From contig NC_043013.1 in NCBI RefSeq assembly GCF_006345805.1, positions 43,524,001-43,588,000 on the forward strand: a stretch of DNA of 64,000 bases. The letters are read 5' to 3'. Position numbers and translations under genes: made by a program. Source of the DNA: Octopus sinensis (lineage: Eukaryota). Under the pieces are notes generated by a model, which was not told the origin of the DNA, did no database searches, and saw only the letters and a program-made list of their open reading frames with translations. Positions within the stretch are counted from its first letter, which is position 1, and the number at the start of each line of letters is the position of its first letter. Of the stretch, positions 10,133 to 21,601 are shown piece by piece.

Positions 10133-11620
10133 TTAGTAAGGTTCTGTAAGATCGGAGCTAGCAAATGGGTTTGAAAAATCAGAGTGGCAAGACTAAACGA
10201 AAAAAAATGTTTGAGCTAGACAGGGTAATGAGGGAATACTGAAAGAATGAGGAACAATACAATGAGATGGAAATTGAAGAATAGTGAAAGAATAAAGATA
10301 AGTGCAAGAATGAAGGTAGTCGTAGCGAGGTTGAACAATTCACTTAGCTTTAGCCAATCATGATCTGTGCGTATTTCGTCTTTAGATATTTTGAAGCGAG
10401 TGAGGTTAACGATAATGCGATCGCTCTTTTATATATGGCGATGATGGTTATGGAAGGGGGGGGGGCATAGAGAGACCTAGGGAGAGAGATATGGCGATGA
10501 TGGTTATGGGAAGAGGGGGACATAGAGAAACAGGGAGAGAGATAGAGTTAGTTAGAGAGAGAGGTCAAGGAACACGTAGTGATAAAGCGGTGTGAGGAAA
10601 TTTGACTAGGGACGGCATTGTCGATAATAAACATTTGATAAATAGGTTTGTAAATCAACATTATCGATAAATAGGTTTGAAAATCAGAAAAATCAGAGGG
10701 AATAATAATCATTATTGATAACTACTATAACATCGTGGCTTAGTAAGGTTCTGTAAAATCGGAGCTAGCAAATGGGTTTGAAAAATCAGAGTGGCAAGAC
10801 TAAACGAAAAAAAATGTTTGAGCTAGACAGGGTAATGAGGGAATACTGAAGAATGAGGAACAATACAATGAGATGGAAATTGAAGAATAGTGAAAGAATA
10901 AAGATAAGTGCAAGAATGAAGGTAGTCGTAGCGAGGTTGAACAATTCACTTAGCTTTAGCCAGTCATGATCTGTGCGTATTTCGTCTTTAGATATTTTGA
11001 AGCGAGTGGGGTTAACGATAATGCGATCGCTCTTTTATATATGGCGATGATGGTTATGGAAGGGGGGGGGGCATACAGAGACCTAGGGAGAGAGATATGG
11101 CGATGATGGTTATGGGAAGAGGGGGACATAGAGAAACAGGGAGAGAGATAGGGTTAGTTAGAGAGAGAGGTCAAGGAACACGTAGTGATAAAGCGGTGTG
11201 AGGAAATTTGACTAGGGACGGCATTGTCGATAATAAACATTTGATAAATAGGTTTGAAAATCAACATTATCGATAAATAGGTTTGAAAATCAGAAAAATC
11301 AGAGGGAATAATAATCATTATTGATAACTACTATAACATCGTGGCTTAGTAAGGTTCTGTAAAATCGGAGCTAGCAAATGGGTTTGAAAAATCAGAGTGG
11401 CAAGACTAAACGAAAAAAAATGTTTGAGCTAGACAGGGTAATGAGGGAATACTGAAAGAATGAGGAACAATACAATGAGATGGAAATTGAAGAATAGTGA
11501 AAGAATAAAGATAAGTGCAAGAATGAAGGTAGTCGTAGCGAGGTTGAACAATTCACTTAGCTTTAGCCAATCATGATCTGTGCGTATTTCGTCTTTAGAT
11601 ATTTTGAAGCGAGTGGGGTT
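10133..11620. repeat. ~606-bp tandem repeat, about 2.5 copies, upstream of the RTE ORF
   Basis: ttagtaaggttctgtaa recurs at 10133, 10740 and 11346; copies nearly identical. Confidence 0.9.
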
Positions 11621-11738
11621 ATATATATATATATATATATATATATGCCATAGCTTTATCTTCTTAGAGTTCTACAGTTTAAAATGAACTATTTCATGTT
11701 CTCTTGAAGTCTCTATATTCTTGACATGAACGACATAC

Positions 11739-11811
11739 CATTAACGCTGATAAACTGGTAAGAACAAAGCTTCTACAATGAACAGAGAAAACTTTGAGTT
11801 TACTTGAAGAC
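11739..11811 (-). CDS. Possible alternative exon of CEP70-like gene (SSSKLKVFSVHCRSFVLTSLSALM)
   Basis: ttctttccacaag acceptor, GTATGT donor, 73 nt phase 2/0, open in the frame required after exon 12771-12839. Confidence 0.3.
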
Positions 11812-12417
11812 CTTGTGGAAAGAAGTGAGAAGGCATCACATGTCCTTCATTGCTGAAATCCCCAAAACCATGACATCATTTCTCTCGCCTCCCAACATTT
11901 TTTCTCTTCTACTATTTCCTTCTCTTGTATTTATCCTATATCCTTTCAAAATTTCTCCCAGGCATTACCCATTACAATTCATCTTGGCATAACAGCCCTT
12001 AGTGTTTGTCTTCGTCGATTGTTTACTCTGTATGTCCACTCTGTTGTTGTTTGTTCATTCGAAGCCCTAACTCTCCACAAATTTTATATTTTTTAAATTT
12101 CTGGATGCTGCTAAGCACAAAATAGGGAGTAGTAAAACAGTCAACAACTGACAAGTAGTTATCTTCTTTTGGTATTTTGTCCCGTACTTATCTCTTGTGT
12201 GTTTACATACTTTTCACTCGTTGGTCATGTCCTGTACTTAATATGTATATATATAATTTATACACACACACACATCCATCTGGGAGGCATAAACTAACCA
12301 AGAATGCTAGAATTTAAAAGCAGAGAGCTATGAATTTAATCCTGAACAGCTCATGCCACAAGCCTTTTCATCAAATAATATTGCTTGAAATTAGTGTGTT
12401 CATAACCCCAAGAAACA

Positions 12418-12750
12418 TGCCATCATCATCATCATCGTTTAACATCCGTTTTCCATGCTAGCATGGGTTGGACGGTTCGACCGGTGTCTGGGAAGCCACG
12501 AGGCTGCACCAAGCTCCAGTCTGATCTGACAGTGTTTCTACAGCTTGATGCCCTTCCTAATGCCAACCACTCCATGAGTGTAGTGGCTGCTTTTTACGTG
12601 CCACCGGCATAGGGGCCATAGTCCACGATTGGTTGGTGCTTTTTACGTGCCACCGGCACAGAAGTCAGTCAAGGCGGTGTTGGCATCAGCCACGTACGGA
12701 TGGTGCTTTTTACGTGCCACCGGCACAGGTATCACAACTACAATTTCCAA
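12418..12750 (-). mobile_element. 5'-truncated RTE 3' UTR copy
   Basis: (CAT)n tail plus UTR homology. Confidence 0.78.
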
Positions 12751-12770
12751 ATGCAACTAATAAAACTTAC

Positions 12771-12839
12771 TGATAGTATTCTAGATCCTTCTCCAACAAC
12801 TTTATCCGTCTCTCATAGGCTTCCACAATGTCAAATATC
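12771..12839 (-). CDS. CEP70: Exon of CEP70-like gene (IFDIVEAYERRIKLLEKDLEYY)
   Basis: Polypyrimidine-CAG acceptor, GTAAGT donor, phase 2/2; resembles the vertebrate CEP70 segment LLCLIDYYESKIRKI (recalled, not searched). Confidence 0.6.
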
Positions 12840-14139
12840 CTGCATGATAAAAAAAAAATCATGATTGTCATATTAAGCAGTGTTAATGGGAAGAGAGTGA
12901 GAGCAGCTAAGCTGATACATTCAGGAAAGATGACTGCATGGGTGTGAGACATGTGATGCAGAGCAAATGGACTATGAGTGCTGGCTGAGAAAAATGTGTA
13001 CTGGCAGCTGGGAGTTACCATGAAAGAAAGGGACCAAAGAAAACAGGCAGGGGATGGCAAGGTTAGATTTTAGTATTTGGCAATATGACAAAAAGTGATA
13101 ACACTGGTTTGGGACATAATGATAAAGTGCTGAATTGATGACAATGATATGGAGGAGAGAAGACGGAAGAGGGTGATAATAAAAGCGAATGGTGGTGGTG
13201 GTGATGAGGAGGAGGAAGAGGAGGATTACAATGACACTGATGATGGTGAGGATTGTGATGAAGATTAGGTTTATAATGATGATGTCAGTAGTGGGAGTGG
13301 TGCTGTTGGTTGGGAGTGTTTGATAAAAATGTTTGATGTAAGTTATCAGAGGGAAAAAGCCGCAGGAGGGGCAAATCATGGAAACCATCCGAAGATGTGA
13401 TTCTAAAGACGGCAGACTGCAGAATAGCCCAGCCTTTATCAATGTAGAAGTACAAACATAAAAACTTGTAGTGATGTTACTGTTACTGACGATGATGATG
13501 TGTATGTGTCTTTGTTTGGTGCCATATGAAAAGCACCCAATCCACTCAGCAAAGTGGCCAGCATTAGGAAGGGCATCCAGCCTTAAAAACCATGCCAAAC
13601 CAGACAGTGGAGCTTTGCACAATCCTCTGGTTGACCCCAACCCCCAAGTCCTGCAGTAGTCACTCTACCCAATCCTTCCATCTAAGGACGTTGGCTCTCT
13701 GCAATTCTTTGCCCAGATCTTTTCCTGCATGTATTAACTTACAAGTGTGTGCATGCTCATGCGTGTGTTTGTGTGTTTTTCACTTTGTCTTGACAGGGAG
13801 TGATAGTCGTAAGCAAGTGTCAATGTCATACAAGTGGTGTCATTCATGTCCAATTTTCTGCAACAAAAATATGTCTGGCCATTGTATGGCCATGGGGAAG
13901 AGGGTTGGTGACAAGAAAGGTGTCCAGCCTTAGAAGTGCTTCAGTGTAATTCCTTCAACCCATACAAGTATAGAGAAAGTGGATGTTAAAATGATGACGA
14001 TGACAATGATGATGACGAGGATTAATGATATCAATTACAGTGGTCAAGGAGGTCCTGCAAAAACTAAGGGTACTGACCCAGGCATATATAAAAAAGATCT
14101 AAATAATAATAAGATTAGGAGTATATACAACACATGTCG

Positions 14140-14400
14140 TGGAGGTGCATGGCTTAGTGGTTAGGGTGTCAGCATCATGATCCTAAGATTGTGGTTTCGA
14201 TTCCTGGACCGGGCGACGCGTTGGGTTCTTGAGCAAAACACTTCATTTCAAGTTGCTCCAGTCCACTCAGCTGGCAAAAATGAATAATGCTGCGATGGAC
14301 TGGCGTCCCGTCCAGCTGGGGAACACATAAGCCACGGAAACTGGGAAACCGGGCCCATGAGCCTGGCTAGGCTTTAAAAGGGTGCATTTATATTTATTTA
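14140..14400 (+). mobile_element. SINE family B (tRNA-like head tggcttagtggttagggtg); further copies at 26912-27140 (+) and 57830-58085 (-)
   Basis: A box and B box (ggtttcgattcc); three near-complete copies. Confidence 0.75.
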
Positions 14401-14591
14401 CAACACATGTCTGTAGAATATTGTACACCAGCACCAGACAGTTGTAACTTTACTTACACAGACAAAACAGATTTGATTTACAGAGGAGAAAAATGAGAAG
14501 CTGAAGCATTCATGCCTTCACCAGTCAGTGAGCAGAGGATTATAATGGGATATTTCAGATAAACAAAAAAAATCTAATAAGACTGACTTAC

Positions 14592-14677
14592 TTTTCATTC
14601 ATAAGAGATTGGATATTGGCTGTGTGACGCTGGAACTCAGAAAGAATATCAGACCTTTGTGGGTGTAATTTCTGATC
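14592..14677 (-). CDS. CEP70: Exon of CEP70-like gene (DQKLHPQRSDILSEFQRHTANIQSLMNE)
   Basis: ttttatctgtcag acceptor, GTAAGT donor, 86 nt phase 0/2, in frame with both neighbours. Confidence 0.55.
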
Positions 14678-14737
14678 CTGACAGATAAAAAAATATGGAT
14701 TTTGAAGTTAGAGAATTATTAAACACCCACCTACTCA

Positions 14738-15220
14738 TTAACCCTTTAGTATCTAAACCAGCAATATCTGACCAAAATATTCTACCTGTTTTGGGTTCAA
14801 ACTGGCCAGATCCTGCCTCTCATACCTACTCTACAATGTCATTCTAAAAATAAACAATCACATCTAGCAATGACCTCGCTCGAAAGTACTGGCAAAGATT
14901 CGAGTGAGGTCATTACCAGTACCGCCTGACTGACCCCCGTGCCAGTGGCACGTAAAAAGCACCCACTACACTCTCGGAGTGGTTGGCATTAGGAAGGGCA
15001 TCCAGCTGTAGAAACTCTGCCAGATCAAGATTGGAGCCTGGCTCGCCAGCCCTCAGTCAAAATCGTCCAACCCATGCTAGCATGGAAAGCGGACGTTAAA
15101 CGATGATGATGATGATGACATCATCAAAACCTCAAAGCTACAAGATAATGCATGATTAATTAAAGCAATATGTATAGTTAAGTATTACATTTGACAGAAT
15201 AATTTGAATGCTAAAATGTT
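14738..15220 (+). mobile_element. piggyBac-like MITE interrupted by an RTE 3' UTR (about 14867-15118)
   Basis: TTAA-CCCTTTAG terminus; body matches 62962-63190. Confidence 0.65.
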
Positions 15221-16646
15221 GAATACCTGGTTTATTTCAATGCAGAGCCTGGACCCAAATTTGAATTTTTTTATACAAGCCATGCCTTCACACCTATCGA
15301 ACTCAATACCAGTTGTATAACTGTAATCTGGGTTAACTAAATAGTGACACAATATGGAAGCAGTCAAGTGACTACTTAAAAAAATTCAACCAAATCAACT
15401 GCATATCTCACAAACAGATATGATATATATAGACATCAGTTGCCAGTGCTTGCATTAATTTCCCTGTATGATCAACATTCAAACTCATCATCATCATCAT
15501 CATTACCACCACCACTACCTTCATAATCTTTATATAGACTTTCCTATGCTTGCATGGACTAGACAGATTCCTTCCAAACACAGCATCTTGCCATTTGTTG
15601 TGTTCCTTTATCATCATCTTTTCCTTACAGTTCAACAACCTGAGATCAGATGTCACCACTTCTGTCCCTGTCTCCTTTGTTTTTCCACTTCTGCAGTTTT
15701 TTTTTTCTTTTTTCCAAATTGAATCTCCAAACACTTATTTAACTGTCTGTATAATCCTTATGCATTACACGTTTGTATCAATGCAATTGTCTCTCCAACG
15801 CACTCACATCTCATTCCTTTTCTATCCAGCTTATTCCTCAGCTGGTCTATACCTTGTTGCTGATCCACAGCAACATTACATCTACCAAAGCATGCTGGCT
15901 TCATTTATCTCCAGCATTCGGGTAATGGCAATTAGTTTAATTATTTTAACAAACACAAGAAACAGCTCTGAACATGTTATAGATTATTAAACATCCTCTG
16001 TAAGGAAGAAACTTGACCATACTTGCCTAATTACTGATGAGAAAATCATTAAGTAGATGTTTAACAGCATAAAAAAGCGTGAAAGATTAGTTGTCTCCCT
16101 TACTTCTTACTAATTAAAACGGTGTTGTCATTTCCTCAACACATCGTTTAACGTCAGTTCTCCACTGTCACATGGGTTGAATGGTTTGATAGGAGATGGC
16201 CAGCTAGAGAGCCACCCGGGCTCCATTTGTCAGTTCTGGTGTGGTTTCTACAGCTGGATACCCTTCCTAACACCAACCACTTTACAGTGCACTGGCTGCT
16301 TTTAACATGACATCGACCCAGGCGCTTTAATGTGACACCAGCAGAGGCACCTTTAGGTGGAGTCAGCTCAAGCACCTGGCACCCCTGAGCACCAGCACCC
16401 CTGAGCCTGCAAGACTAGGATCTGGCTGAGAGAGAGAGAGAGATGTAGAGGACATGCCTGTTTGCATGGATCGTCAGGATTTTACTTAGCCTAACGTGTC
16501 ATATGTACTTTTAATTAGGTATTTAATGTCCCCACCCCAATAAACAGTGAACATTAAACGATTTAACATATGTGGACTAAGCTGCTAGCTTAAGTAGAAA
16601 TGTGGAGTGTCTCCTAAGTAAAGAGAAATGTGATAAAAACACATAC

Positions 16647-16771
16647 CTTCGACATACAGTCTTTCAATTTCATGTTCATAAAGTCTCCCTCTTTTGGTAT
16701 TTGGTAATATCTGGGACTAATTCCAATGCCCATCCCGTCACCACTGGCATCTGGATGCCTTCGATTGTGAC
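16647..16771 (-). CDS. Probable first coding exon of CEP70-like gene (MGIGISPRYYQIPKEGDFMNMKLKDCMSK)
   Basis: CAG acceptor, GTATGT donor, single open frame ending in phase 0. Confidence 0.45.
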
Positions 16772-17029
16772 CTGAACAGTCACCATTTGGTTCCTTGTTT
16801 TAAAATTCAAAAGATTTACAAATTAAAATCACAGTGTTAATTATAGTCATTTCTTATATGAAAGTTGTTTTTTTTTGTTTTTGTTTTTGCTTTGTATTTT
16901 CTTTATGGCTGGGTCAGAGAAGGAAAGGCAGGGCTCATGACCCCTTCAAGGCCCCTGTGAGACAGGTGTGACAGAAGGAAGAAGTTGTCCTTAGTCAGGA
17001 GACATGGAAATCAAGTAAATGATTTGATA

Positions 17030-17348
17030 CTCTTTTACTCTTTTACTTGTTTCAGTCATTTGACTGCGGCCATGCTGGAGCACCGCCTTTAGTTGAGCAA
17101 ATCGACCCTGGGACTTATTCTTTGTAAGCCCAGTACTTATTCTATCGGTCTCTTTTGCTGAAATGCTAAGTGACGGGGACATAAACACACCAGCATCGGT
17201 TGTCAAGCAACACTAGGGGGACAAACATAGACACACATATATATACATATATACGACGGGCTTCTTTGAGTTTCCGTCTACAAAAACCACTCACAAGGCT
17301 TTAGTCGGCCTGAGGCTATAATAGCAGACACTTGCCCAAGGTGCCATG
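17030..17348 (-). mobile_element. SINE family A, head truncated
   Basis: Homology to 18994-19406. Confidence 0.75.
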
Positions 17349-17771
17349 CAAAAAATTTTTTTTTTAAATTAATTAGTCAGAGATTTGCAGACTAAAAGAT
17401 AGAGATGAATTGCACAGGGGGAAGTCAGTGTGATTAATGCTGAGTTTGAAATTCATCAGACTGGTAACTGAGAGAGAAAAACATGGGATGAGAAGGAATT
17501 TCATAGGGCTAGAATCTAGCCGAGGTAAAATAATTACAGGTAAAATATTTAATCAAGTGCTTGATGAATGCAAGATGATATGGCCAGGTTGGTAGAGGAA
17601 GATATATAGTTTGCAATAAACAGGTCATGTAGACATGATACACAATCAGCCTAGCTAGAGGAGCAGAGTATGGTGGAAGAGAGGGAAAGACAGATCATAA
17701 CAATGGGGTAAGTAGGTGATGAGTGCTGATGAAAAAAACAAAGAGAGCATTGAAACTGGAAATGGAAACTC

Positions 17772-18267
17772 TTAACCCCCTTTAGCATTCAAATTATTCT
17801 GTCAACAGTAATGCTTTTCATTCACATTGTTCTGAATTAATCATGCATTATCTTGTAGTTTTGAGATCTCAATGATGTGATTGTATATTGGCCTGCCAGC
17901 CTCGCCTGGCCTCCGTGTCGGGTGGCACGTAAAAAGCACCATCCGATCATGGCCGTTTTCCAGCCTCATCTGGCACCTGTGCCGGTGGCACATAAAAAGC
18001 ACCCACTACACTCACGGAGTGGTTGGCATTAGGAAGGGCATCGAGGTGTAGAAACACTGCCAGATCAGACTGGAGCCTGGTGCAGCCTTCTGGCTTCCCA
18101 GACCCCAGTTGAACCATCCAACCCATGCTAGCATGGAAAGCGGATGCTAAATGATGATGATGATTATATTGTAGGATAGATATGAGAGGCTGGATCTGGT
18201 TGGTTTGAACATAAAACAGTAAGAATATTTGGGTCTGATGTGGCCAGTTTAAATGCTAATAGGTTAA
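17772..18267 (-). mobile_element. piggyBac-like MITE interrupted by an RTE 3' UTR (about 17890-18165)
   Basis: TTAA at both ends; body is the reverse complement of 62962-63190. Confidence 0.65.
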
Positions 18268-18993
18268 TGGTTGCTCAATCTCCAAACAGCAGCCAAATCT
18301 TCCCCAAATAACACTCAAGTGTCTTAAAAACAAAACACATTGGATAACGTAATCTTAGATCTTCTATGTCAGAATAATAGAGAGCAATGACTTGAATGTG
18401 TCTGTTCATAGGTCTACTCAAACAGAGGTGACCCAGGGCTAATTGACAATGACAGCAGGTAATTTCGTCATAACCAATACACTGTTTGGACCAGTGGTTT
18501 TCAACCAGGGTTCCACAAGAAGTTACAAAACTGCTAAAATCGGCAGTAATTTTTAATTCTCCTGTGCAGATATGTGTGCATAAGACTATTAAATTATTGT
18601 TGCACAGGGGTTCCTCGAGCCAGTGGAATGTTTCCTTGGGGTTCCGCTCCAGCAAAAAGTTTGAAAAGCACTGGTTTAGACCAAATTCCTCAACAAATCT
18701 CTATTGAGAGATCATTTTCCTTTTTAGGGTTTACTTACTATGTATAAATGTCTTAGGGAATGTGTTACATGCATCATCATCATCATCATCATTTAACATC
18801 CATTTTCCATGCTGGCATGGGTGGAACGGTGTGACAGGAGCTGGCAAGCCAGAGGACTGCACCAAGCCACACTGTCTGCTTTGGCATGGTTTATACAGCT
18901 GGGTGCCCTTCTTAATGCCAACCACTTTACAGAGTGAGTTGGGTGCTTTCTATATGGCACCAGCACTGGCAAAAAAAATAGAATTAAACACAT

Positions 18994-19406
18994 AGGCGCA
19001 GGAGTGGCTGTGTGGTAAGTAGCTTCTTTACCAACCACATGGTTCCGGGTTCAGTCCCACTGCGTGGCACCTTGGGTAAGTGTCTTCTACTATAGCCTCG
19101 GGCCGACCAATGCCTTGTGAGTGGATTTGGTAGACGGAAACTGAAAGAAGCCCGTCGTATATATGTATATATATATATATATATATATTTGTGTGTCTGT
19201 GTTTGTCCCCCTAGCATTGCTTGACAACCGATGCTGGTGTGTTTACGTCCCCGTCACTTAGCGGTTCGGCAAAAGAGACCGATAGAATAAGTACTGGGCT
19301 TACAAAAAATAAGTCCTGGGGTCGATTTGCTCGACTAAAGGCGGTGCCCCAGCATGGCCGCAGTCAAATGACTGAAACAAGTAAAAGAGTAAAAGAGTAA
19401 AGAGTA
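18994..19406 (+). mobile_element. SINE family A, full length
   Basis: ggcgcaggagtggctgtgtgg...aagtaaaagagt. Confidence 0.82.
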
Positions 19407-19599
19407 AATGAATCAATCCCAGTACTTTTTTTTTAATTAAAGCTGGTACTTATTTTAAATCACACTTTAAAAAAAAAAAAAAATTGTTTTTCATATGAAT
19501 TCCCAACACAAATTCGCAAGAATTTTCTGAAAATTCCAAAAAGTAAATCAGTTATGAGGGTTTATATGAGGGGGGGGGGGCTTAACCCAGAATTCCGCC

Positions 19600-21601
19600 A
19601 ACAATTCTGCAAGCACGCCGCCTCGCAAACAAATGATAATAAAGCGGTAAATTTTCACTGAGAAAAAAAAAAAATTCGGATTTTTTGCGTGGAATCAAAT
19701 ACCCTGACTTCCTAATATGCTGCAAATCCCGTGCGGGTGTTGCTCTGGATTGATTCATTGGAAATCGCAACAAAACCTCGCAACAAATTTCGCGTCTACT
19801 TCTGGGAGCAGACAGGGGACCTTACTTCGGGTGTTGGTTGTTATTTACAAATGGAAATGCAGAAATCAACAAGTGTTAACTTCGGATTTATAAGCAACGA
19901 AGTATGAAGTGAAAGGAAGACCTTTTTGCAAAAGCGGTTACTGTTTACATCTCGTTCAGAGATTTATTATTGAAGTATGAAGTATTGTGAAGTTAATGCA
20001 TTTCTCAATAATAGTTTGTTAAAGAAATTTCGAACAGATATCGAAAATATTCTGAAATTTTAGGCAATTTCCCTTACTTTCAGTCAAACAAATTAAGAAA
20101 AAAGACTTTATAATTACCATATTTGAATGGATGGTTTTGGGTTTTTTTCTTCTTTTAGAATTAAATCAATATTTAAAGTTTATAACATATTATTATTGTC
20201 GTAGTTGTTGTTAGTATTCATTTTTTGGTCTCTGAGAATAAAAACATACTCCGCCATCGTAAACATGACAAAACGTGTTCCGGGCTTAAATTTGTATCGG
20301 AATTTAATCTTTATTAATATTATATAATAACTTATATACATTATACAGTTTGCTTTCCATATCTTTTTTACTTGTATCTTTAAAATGTTTATTCATTATA
20401 AAAATACAAAACATTTTAAATTTTTGTAATTTGCCTGCACATATTTGACGTTTATTAACGAATCAAATACGAGAATTTTATTTCTGCTGTTGGTATGGCT
20501 TCGGCTCGCGGTGCGAAGCAACAGTTACTAATGATGCCAGTGGGAGGAGGGGGAGGAGAAGCAAATAATCTAAGGGAAATAACTCAGATAAGCTAATGTC
20601 TATAGGCTGATGTGTTCCTTGTAGTTAGGGAAGCCAAAATTCTAGCGGCATTCGTTAGAGACTCGGAAAGGATTAAATAAATGATTTTAAAAAACATTGG
20701 CTGACATGTTTAAGAGCAAATCTTAATCTAATAAGCAGTGGTAGTGATACAAGCCTAATTACTGTCACCGTCTCTTGCTGTGGAACTTCGGATTTTCCCA
20801 GTTGGTTTCTAAGGCAACTGAAATAAGCATACGTACACAAATGTGCCCCACCCACCAAATTTTGTTTCCTTATAACTTTCAGAGAAATGGATATACTATT
20901 CTTTTTATGAATGTTTTTGCAAATACTTTTCACATGGTGTTGTTTGCGATTATATCGGAATTTAACGTTAAAAAAAAAAGAAAGTAATTATTGGGCGCGC
21001 GCACATAATTTTTTCAAAATGTCAAGTTTTATTTTGTAGGCGCAGGAGTGGTTGTGTGATAAGAAACTTGCTTCCCAACCACATAGTTCCGGGTTCAGTC
21101 CCACTGCGTGGCACCTTGGGCAAGTGTCTTCTACTGTAGCCTTGGGTTGACCAAAGCCTTGTGAGTGGACTTGGTAGATGGAAACTGAAAGAAATCAGTC
21201 GTATATATACGTGTGTGTTTGTATTTTTGTTTGTCCCCCACCATCGTTTGACAACCGATGCTGCTATGTTTACGTCCTTGTAACTTAGCGGTTCGGCAAA
21301 AAAGAGACCGATAGAATAAGTACTAGGCTTTCAAAAAATAAGTCATAGGGTCGATTTGTTCGACTAAAGGCAGTGCTCCAGCATGGCCGCAGTCAAATGA
21401 CTGAAACAAGTAAAAGAATAAATGTGATGTTTCGGTATGTATGTGTGTGCGCCCACCAATTGTTTTCTGGGGGGTTTTTCGGATCCGTTTTTTCTCCTTT
21501 TTTTGACATTATATTCCAATACAAACTGCACCCTTTGAAAAGTATTTGCAGAAAATTTCATAATAAAAAATATCCCATCAAACACACACGTGTGCGGACA
21601 G
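19600..21601. promoter_or_regulatory. Probable divergent promoter / 5' UTR exon region between CEP70-like gene and FAIM
   Basis: Largely repeat-poor, locally CpG-rich; minus-strand donor GAA|GTAAG at 19825 and plus-strand donor CAG|GTAAGT at 21602. Confidence 0.4.
21039..21420 (+). mobile_element. SINE family A
   Basis: Homology to 18994-19406. Confidence 0.8.

Larger units (their letters stand above)
6150..11620 (-). mobile_element. Near full-length RTE-clade non-LTR retrotransposon (LINE)
   Basis: APE endonuclease plus RT coding region, 3' UTR ending in a (GAT)n tail at about 6150, tandem 5' region to about 11620, (TA)n on both flanks. Confidence 0.93.

Noticed and set aside
9951-10135. 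HDV-like ribozyme in the RTE 5' UTR
   Set aside because: A CCGGAA/TTCCGG stem exists, but the spacing is too short for P2/P3; could not fold by eye
12972-13640. 222-aa minus-strand ORF
   Set aside because: Low-complexity purine/trinucleotide sequence plus repeat; no domain signal
15185-15367. Extra exon for the CEP70-like gene
   Set aside because: Weak donor and no recognisable similarity; overlaps a MITE end
17420-17740. Possible decayed CR1/Jockey 3' fragment
   Set aside because: Too degenerate to support a call
18994-19070. tRNA genes at the SINE heads
   Set aside because: A/B boxes are present, but they run into SINE bodies with no clear cloverleaf
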